From Naegleria gruberi (taxonomy: Eukaryota): DNA of 64,000 bases. Within the stretch, counting starts at the first letter, position 1, and each line of letters opens with the position of its first letter. The notes beneath the pieces were generated by a model that was not told where the DNA came from, ran no database searches, and was given only the letters and a program-made list of their open reading frames with translations. Both the position numbers and the translations under genes were made by a program. This document shows, piece by piece, positions 59,217-64,000 of the stretch. The stretch lies in the NCBI GenBank assembly GCA_000004985.1, contig GG738932.1. One strand, given 5' to 3'.

Positions 59217-59702
59217 ATGTCCCTCTGCAAAGACAATTGTGGTTTCTACGGCAATGACAATTACGAAGGTTATTGTTCAACATGCTATCGAAAGAGAAAT
59301 GCAAAACCAGGTGATGATCAATCATCGTTATCGGTAATTAATTCTACTCCAGTTTATACTCCACCAATGCCATCTTTCTCCTCCGATGAGGAATTGGCTG
59401 TTTTTATCAAATTGATCAGTAATATGCCAGAGATAACTTCTGGAAAGATTGATAATGTGTTGCAGACTTTGAATGTTTATTTCACTGAGAAGCAGGCAAG
59501 AGAATTGTTGACTGCTATTGGAAAGGTCACCTTGGATGGAAATAATTTCATTTATCATCATGCTGTGTATTGTAGAGTGGTGGATCGTTATAATTTACAA
59601 GAATGTTTTGGAGCTGAAGGATATTATTATGTTGCACGAGGAAAGAAACCTCAAGATGATTACAAAGTATGGGATCATCAACATTCATTCTTGAAACATT
59701 AA
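59217..59702 (+). CDS. A20-type zinc finger protein with a probable CUE/UBA-like ubiquitin-binding helical segment (161 aa, complete ORF ATG to TAA)
   Basis: The ORF runs from 59217 to 59702 with ATG in an A-rich context (aaaaATGtc). Residues 4-23, C-KDN-C-GFYGNDNYEGY-C-ST-C, fit the A20 zinc finger pattern C-x3-C-x11-C-x2-C, including the CGFYGN core seen in ZFAND5/6 and Rabex-5 A20 fingers. Residues about 57-98, DEELAVFIKLISNMPEITSGKIDNVLQTLNVYFTEKQARELL, resemble the CUE/UBA consensus (hydrophobic-x-M-(F)P ... I ... L ... NV ... LL). There are no AN1-finger Cys/His spacings in the C-terminal half. Codon usage agrees with the neighbouring genes. Confidence 0.8.
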   Translation: MSLCKDNCGFYGNDNYEGYCSTCYRKRNAKPGDDQSSLSVINSTPVYTPPMPSFSSDEELAVFIKLISNMPEITSGKIDNVLQTLNVYFTEKQARELLTAIGKVTLDGNNFIYHHAVYCRVVDRYNLQECFGAEGYYYVARGKKPQDDYKVWDHQHSFLKH

Positions 59703-59765
59703 ATTTCATTACAATTTTTCATATTGAAATTATTCTATTATGAAATTAAACAAAATATTGAACAT

Positions 59766-60599
59766 TTACTTAGTTTTAATACCGGCATTATCTTGGTGGA
59801 ACATTGGCAAGACACTAGGTCTGTCCTTTCTACCTCTTCTTCTCACCATCAAAGTGAGAGAAAGACAGCAGAATCCACAAACAGCAAGCAAGAGGGCAAC
59901 AATAACAAACACCCAGAATGGAACCTTTTCTCTTGGTGGTTTAGGAACTTGAGCAGCAGGAATCTTCCTGGTTTCGATTGGTTTTTCTTCCTTCTTTTCC
60001 TCAATAATATTAATCTTTTTATCTTCTTCTTCGGCAGTTCTAATTTCTTCTTCAGCAGTTTCCTCAACAGTTTCGTCATCTTCCAATCCCAAATCATTAA
60101 TTTCCTTATTGTTGGTATCTTCATCAACAGTGTCCTTTTTAGAGATTGGAACAAAACCTTTTCCACTAAAAGTCATTGCAGCAAAGTAAGATTTGATAGA
60201 TGTTGCAGGAAGGGTAATGGTGTATGGTGAAATACCACCAATGGCCAATAATTTTCTACCACCAGCATTCTTTTCCATTTCAGCAATAGCTTCATCAGAA
60301 AGGAAGACCCCTTCTTGATCGGTGTTTTGGCCTCCTTCGCCTTTGAGTTTAACTTCTTTAGTAAAATCAAATCTCATTACTGCATCCTTCTTGAATCTCA
60401 ACTTTCTCTTTTCCTCACTGACTTCATAAATGAGATTGAGAGAACGTTCTCTAAGATCAGAAACTTCAATACCCTCAGAGAAGAGAGTACTAAAATCAAT
60501 TGTTAATGGCTTAGATGGATGTAAATTTTGTAATCTAATAGCAACTTCATCAGAAGAAATACCTCTAGCCTGCAAGGAGATGATTTGAGCTGTGGATGN
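59766..60599 (-). CDS. Single-pass membrane protein, C-terminal 277 codons (partial; the frame is open to the edge of the N run, so the true start lies upstream in unsequenced DNA)
   Basis: The minus frame is open from 60599 down to the TAA at 59768-59766: ...STAQIISLQARGISSDEVAIRLQNLHPSKPLTIDF...MTFSGKGFVPISKKDTVDEDTNNKEINDLGLEDDETVEETAEEEIRTAEEEDKKINIIEEKKEEKPIETRKIPAAQVPKPPREK-VPFWVFVIVALLLAVCGFCCLSLTLM-VRRRGRKDRPSVLPMFHQDNAGIKTK. About 25 hydrophobic residues are followed by RRRGRK (positive-inside rule, so the C-terminal 27 aa are cytosolic). A roughly 60-residue Asp/Glu-rich stalk lies immediately N-terminal of the TM segment. Codon usage is consistent with the other genes (AGA, CCA, GGT, TTG). 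The 'M' the ORF track shows at 60575 is a TTG, and I treat it as an internal Leu, not a start. Confidence 0.6.
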   Translation of the reverse strand, partial: XSTAQIISLQARGISSDEVAIRLQNLHPSKPLTIDFSTLFSEGIEVSDLRERSLNLIYEVSEEKRKLRFKKDAVMRFDFTKEVKLKGEGGQNTDQEGVFLSDEAIAEMEKNAGGRKLLAIGGISPYTITLPATSIKSYFAAMTFSGKGFVPISKKDTVDEDTNNKEINDLGLEDDETVEETAEEEIRTAEEEDKKINIIEEKKEEKPIETRKIPAAQVPKPPREKVPFWVFVIVALLLAVCGFCCLSLTLMVRRRGRKDRPSVLPMFHQDNAGIKTK

Positions 60600-63500
60600 N
60601 NNNNNNNNNNNNNNNNNNNNNNNNNNNNNNNNNNNNNNNNNNNNNNNNNNNNNNNNNNNNNNNNNNNNNNNNNNNNNNNNNNNNNNNNNNNNNNNNNNNN
60701 NNNNNNNNNNNNNNNNNNNNNNNNNNNNNNNNNNNNNNNNNNNNNNNNNNNNNNNNNNNNNNNNNNNNNNNNNNNNNNNNNNNNNNNNNNNNNNNNNNNN
60801 NNNNNNNNNNNNNNNNNNNNNNNNNNNNNNNNNNNNNNNNNNNNNNNNNNNNNNNNNNNNNNNNNNNNNNNNNNNNNNNNNNNNNNNNNNNNNNNNNNNN
60901 NNNNNNNNNNNNNNNNNNNNNNNNNNNNNNNNNNNNNNNNNNNNNNNNNNNNNNNNNNNNNNNNNNNNNNNNNNNNNNNNNNNNNNNNNNNNNNNNNNNN
61001 NNNNNNNNNNNNNNNNNNNNNNNNNNNNNNNNNNNNNNNNNNNNNNNNNNNNNNNNNNNNNNNNNNNNNNNNNNNNNNNNNNNNNNNNNNNNNNNNNNNN
61101 NNNNNNNNNNNNNNNNNNNNNNNNNNNNNNNNNNNNNNNNNNNNNNNNNNNNNNNNNNNNNNNNNNNNNNNNNNNNNNNNNNNNNNNNNNNNNNNNNNNN
61201 NNNNNNNNNNNNNNNNNNNNNNNNNNNNNNNNNNNNNNNNNNNNNNNNNNNNNNNNNNNNNNNNNNNNNNNNNNNNNNNNNNNNNNNNNNNNNNNNNNNN
61301 NNNNNNNNNNNNNNNNNNNNNNNNNNNNNNNNNNNNNNNNNNNNNNNNNNNNNNNNNNNNNNNNNNNNNNNNNNNNNNNNNNNNNNNNNNNNNNNNNNNN
61401 NNNNNNNNNNNNNNNNNNNNNNNNNNNNNNNNNNNNNNNNNNNNNNNNNNNNNNNNNNNNNNNNNNNNNNNNNNNNNNNNNNNNNNNNNNNNNNNNNNNN
61501 NNNNNNNNNNNNNNNNNNNNNNNNNNNNNNNNNNNNNNNNNNNNNNNNNNNNNNNNNNNNNNNNNNNNNNNNNNNNNNNNNNNNNNNNNNNNNNNNNNNN
61601 NNNNNNNNNNNNNNNNNNNNNNNNNNNNNNNNNNNNNNNNNNNNNNNNNNNNNNNNNNNNNNNNNNNNNNNNNNNNNNNNNNNNNNNNNNNNNNNNNNNN
61701 NNNNNNNNNNNNNNNNNNNNNNNNNNNNNNNNNNNNNNNNNNNNNNNNNNNNNNNNNNNNNNNNNNNNNNNNNNNNNNNNNNNNNNNNNNNNNNNNNNNN
61801 NNNNNNNNNNNNNNNNNNNNNNNNNNNNNNNNNNNNNNNNNNNNNNNNNNNNNNNNNNNNNNNNNNNNNNNNNNNNNNNNNNNNNNNNNNNNNNNNNNNN
61901 NNNNNNNNNNNNNNNNNNNNNNNNNNNNNNNNNNNNNNNNNNNNNNNNNNNNNNNNNNNNNNNNNNNNNNNNNNNNNNNNNNNNNNNNNNNNNNNNNNNN
62001 NNNNNNNNNNNNNNNNNNNNNNNNNNNNNNNNNNNNNNNNNNNNNNNNNNNNNNNNNNNNNNNNNNNNNNNNNNNNNNNNNNNNNNNNNNNNNNNNNNNN
62101 NNNNNNNNNNNNNNNNNNNNNNNNNNNNNNNNNNNNNNNNNNNNNNNNNNNNNNNNNNNNNNNNNNNNNNNNNNNNNNNNNNNNNNNNNNNNNNNNNNNN
62201 NNNNNNNNNNNNNNNNNNNNNNNNNNNNNNNNNNNNNNNNNNNNNNNNNNNNNNNNNNNNNNNNNNNNNNNNNNNNNNNNNNNNNNNNNNNNNNNNNNNN
62301 NNNNNNNNNNNNNNNNNNNNNNNNNNNNNNNNNNNNNNNNNNNNNNNNNNNNNNNNNNNNNNNNNNNNNNNNNNNNNNNNNNNNNNNNNNNNNNNNNNNN
62401 NNNNNNNNNNNNNNNNNNNNNNNNNNNNNNNNNNNNNNNNNNNNNNNNNNNNNNNNNNNNNNNNNNNNNNNNNNNNNNNNNNNNNNNNNNNNNNNNNNNN
62501 NNNNNNNNNNNNNNNNNNNNNNNNNNNNNNNNNNNNNNNNNNNNNNNNNNNNNNNNNNNNNNNNNNNNNNNNNNNNNNNNNNNNNNNNNNNNNNNNNNNN
62601 NNNNNNNNNNNNNNNNNNNNNNNNNNNNNNNNNNNNNNNNNNNNNNNNNNNNNNNNNNNNNNNNNNNNNNNNNNNNNNNNNNNNNNNNNNNNNNNNNNNN
62701 NNNNNNNNNNNNNNNNNNNNNNNNNNNNNNNNNNNNNNNNNNNNNNNNNNNNNNNNNNNNNNNNNNNNNNNNNNNNNNNNNNNNNNNNNNNNNNNNNNNN
62801 NNNNNNNNNNNNNNNNNNNNNNNNNNNNNNNNNNNNNNNNNNNNNNNNNNNNNNNNNNNNNNNNNNNNNNNNNNNNNNNNNNNNNNNNNNNNNNNNNNNN
62901 NNNNNNNNNNNNNNNNNNNNNNNNNNNNNNNNNNNNNNNNNNNNNNNNNNNNNNNNNNNNNNNNNNNNNNNNNNNNNNNNNNNNNNNNNNNNNNNNNNNN
63001 NNNNNNNNNNNNNNNNNNNNNNNNNNNNNNNNNNNNNNNNNNNNNNNNNNNNNNNNNNNNNNNNNNNNNNNNNNNNNNNNNNNNNNNNNNNNNNNNNNNN
63101 NNNNNNNNNNNNNNNNNNNNNNNNNNNNNNNNNNNNNNNNNNNNNNNNNNNNNNNNNNNNNNNNNNNNNNNNNNNNNNNNNNNNNNNNNNNNNNNNNNNN
63201 NNNNNNNNNNNNNNNNNNNNNNNNNNNNNNNNNNNNNNNNNNNNNNNNNNNNNNNNNNNNNNNNNNNNNNNNNNNNNNNNNNNNNNNNNNNNNNNNNNNN
63301 NNNNNNNNNNNNNNNNNNNNNNNNNNNNNNNNNNNNNNNNNNNNNNNNNNNNNNNNNNNNNNNNNNNNNNNNNNNNNNNNNNNNNNNNNNNNNNNNNNNN
63401 NNNNNNNNNNNNNNNNNNNNNNNNNNNNNNNNNNNNNNNNNNNNNNNNNNNNNNNNNNNNNNNNNNNNNNNNNNNNNNNNNNNNNNNNNNNNNNNNNNNN

Positions 63501-64000
63501 NNNNNNNNNNNNNNNNNNNNNNNNNNNNNNNNNNNNNNNNNNNNNNNNNNNNNNNNNNNNNNNNNNNNNNNNNNNNNNNNNNNNNNNNNNNNNNNNNNNN
63601 NNNNNNNNNNNNNNNNNNNNNNNNNNNNNNNNNNNNNNNNNNNNNNNNNNNNNNNNNNNNNNNNNNNNNNNNNNNNNNNNNNNNNNNNNNNNNNNNNNNN
63701 NNNNNNNNNNNNNNNNNNNNNNNNNNNNNNNNNNNNNNNNNNNNNNNNNNNNNNNNNNNNNNNNNNNNNNNNNNNNNNNNNNNNNNNNNNNNNNNNNNNN
63801 NNNNNNNNNNNNNNNNNNNNNNNNNNNNNNNNNNNNNNNNNNNNNNNNNNNNNNNNNNNNNNNNNNNNNNNNNNNNNNNNNNNNNNNNNNNNNNNNNNNN
63901 NNNNNNNNNNNNNNNNNNNNNNNNNNNNNNNNNNNNNNNNNNNNNNNNNNNNNNNNNNNNNNNNNNNNNNNNNNNNNNNNNNNNNNNNNNNNNNNNNNNN
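60600..64000. other. Run of N (unsequenced / scaffold padding); no information
   Basis: Directly visible: every base from 60600 to 64000 is 'n'. Confidence 0.99.

Noticed and set aside
59217-59702. Calling the A20 protein a ZFAND/SAP-type (A20+AN1) stress protein or a Rabex-5 homologue
   Set aside because: No AN1 Cys/His spacing and no Vps9-length C-terminal region exist in the 161-aa ORF. Only the A20 finger itself is secure.
59724-60230. 168-aa plus-strand ORF antisense to the membrane-protein gene (…FFFLLFLNNINLFIFFFGSSNFFFSSFLNSF…)
   Set aside because: It is low-complexity F/L/N/S-rich. It is produced by reading the complement of the GAA/GAG-rich acidic-stalk coding tract. Codon usage and composition are far less protein-like than the minus-strand frame.
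58586-60506. Other short track ORFs (58586-58789 +, 58975-59199 +, 59328-59561 -, 59740-59952 +, 59849-60166 -, 60173-60370 -, 60315-60506 +)
   Set aside because: All are 63-105 aa and overlap better-supported genes in other frames or strands, or span the N gap or AT-rich intergenic DNA. None has a recognisable motif.
60574-60576. TTG shown as the 'M' start of the minus-strand membrane-protein ORF
   Set aside because: The frame stays open upstream through 60599 into the N run (…STAQIIS-L-QARG…). A TTG initiator is implausible in a eukaryotic nuclear gene, so I treat it as an internal Leu and the CDS as 5'-partial.
57629-60599. Possibility of a prokaryotic defence/accessory system, CRISPR array, mobile element or RNA gene
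   Set aside because: There are no direct-repeat/spacer periodicity, inverted terminal repeats, transposase or integrase-like ORFs, tRNA/rRNA-like structure or operon-like co-directional packing. The sequence has an intron, A-rich 5' leaders and eukaryotic protein families instead.

Overview
About 95% of this window is unsequenced. Positions 1-57628 and 60600-64000 are runs of N, and a 50-N scaffold gap sits at 59014-59063. Only about 2.9 kb is real sequence, in two islands: 57629-59013 and 59064-60599. That DNA is not prokaryotic. It looks like nuclear DNA from a lower eukaryote, most plausibly a fungus, at roughly 35-38% GC. Codon preferences are AGA for Arg, TTG/CTT for Leu, GGT for Gly and CCA for Pro. 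There is an A-rich leader immediately before the one visible ATG, and at least one short spliceosomal intron beginning GTAAGT. Three genes are supportable: (1) on the minus strand, an internal fragment of a GH38 class II (lysosomal/Golgi-type) alpha-mannosidase, two exons split by a 49-nt intron, truncated at both ends by N runs; (2) on the plus strand, a complete 161-aa protein with a textbook N-terminal A20-type zinc finger and a probable CUE/UBA-like helical ubiquitin-binding segment; (3) on the minus strand, converging on gene 2 with only 63 nt between the stop codons, the C-terminal 277 codons of a single-pass (type I-like) membrane protein with a long acidic juxtamembrane stretch, truncated upstream by the N run. 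I see no CRISPR arrays, mobile elements, RNA genes, operons or defence-system-like architecture. With so little sequence, no claim about a novel system can be supported here. The findings that remain concern gene structure and assembly. All protein-family calls rest on my reading of conserved motifs in the translations. No database search was run.
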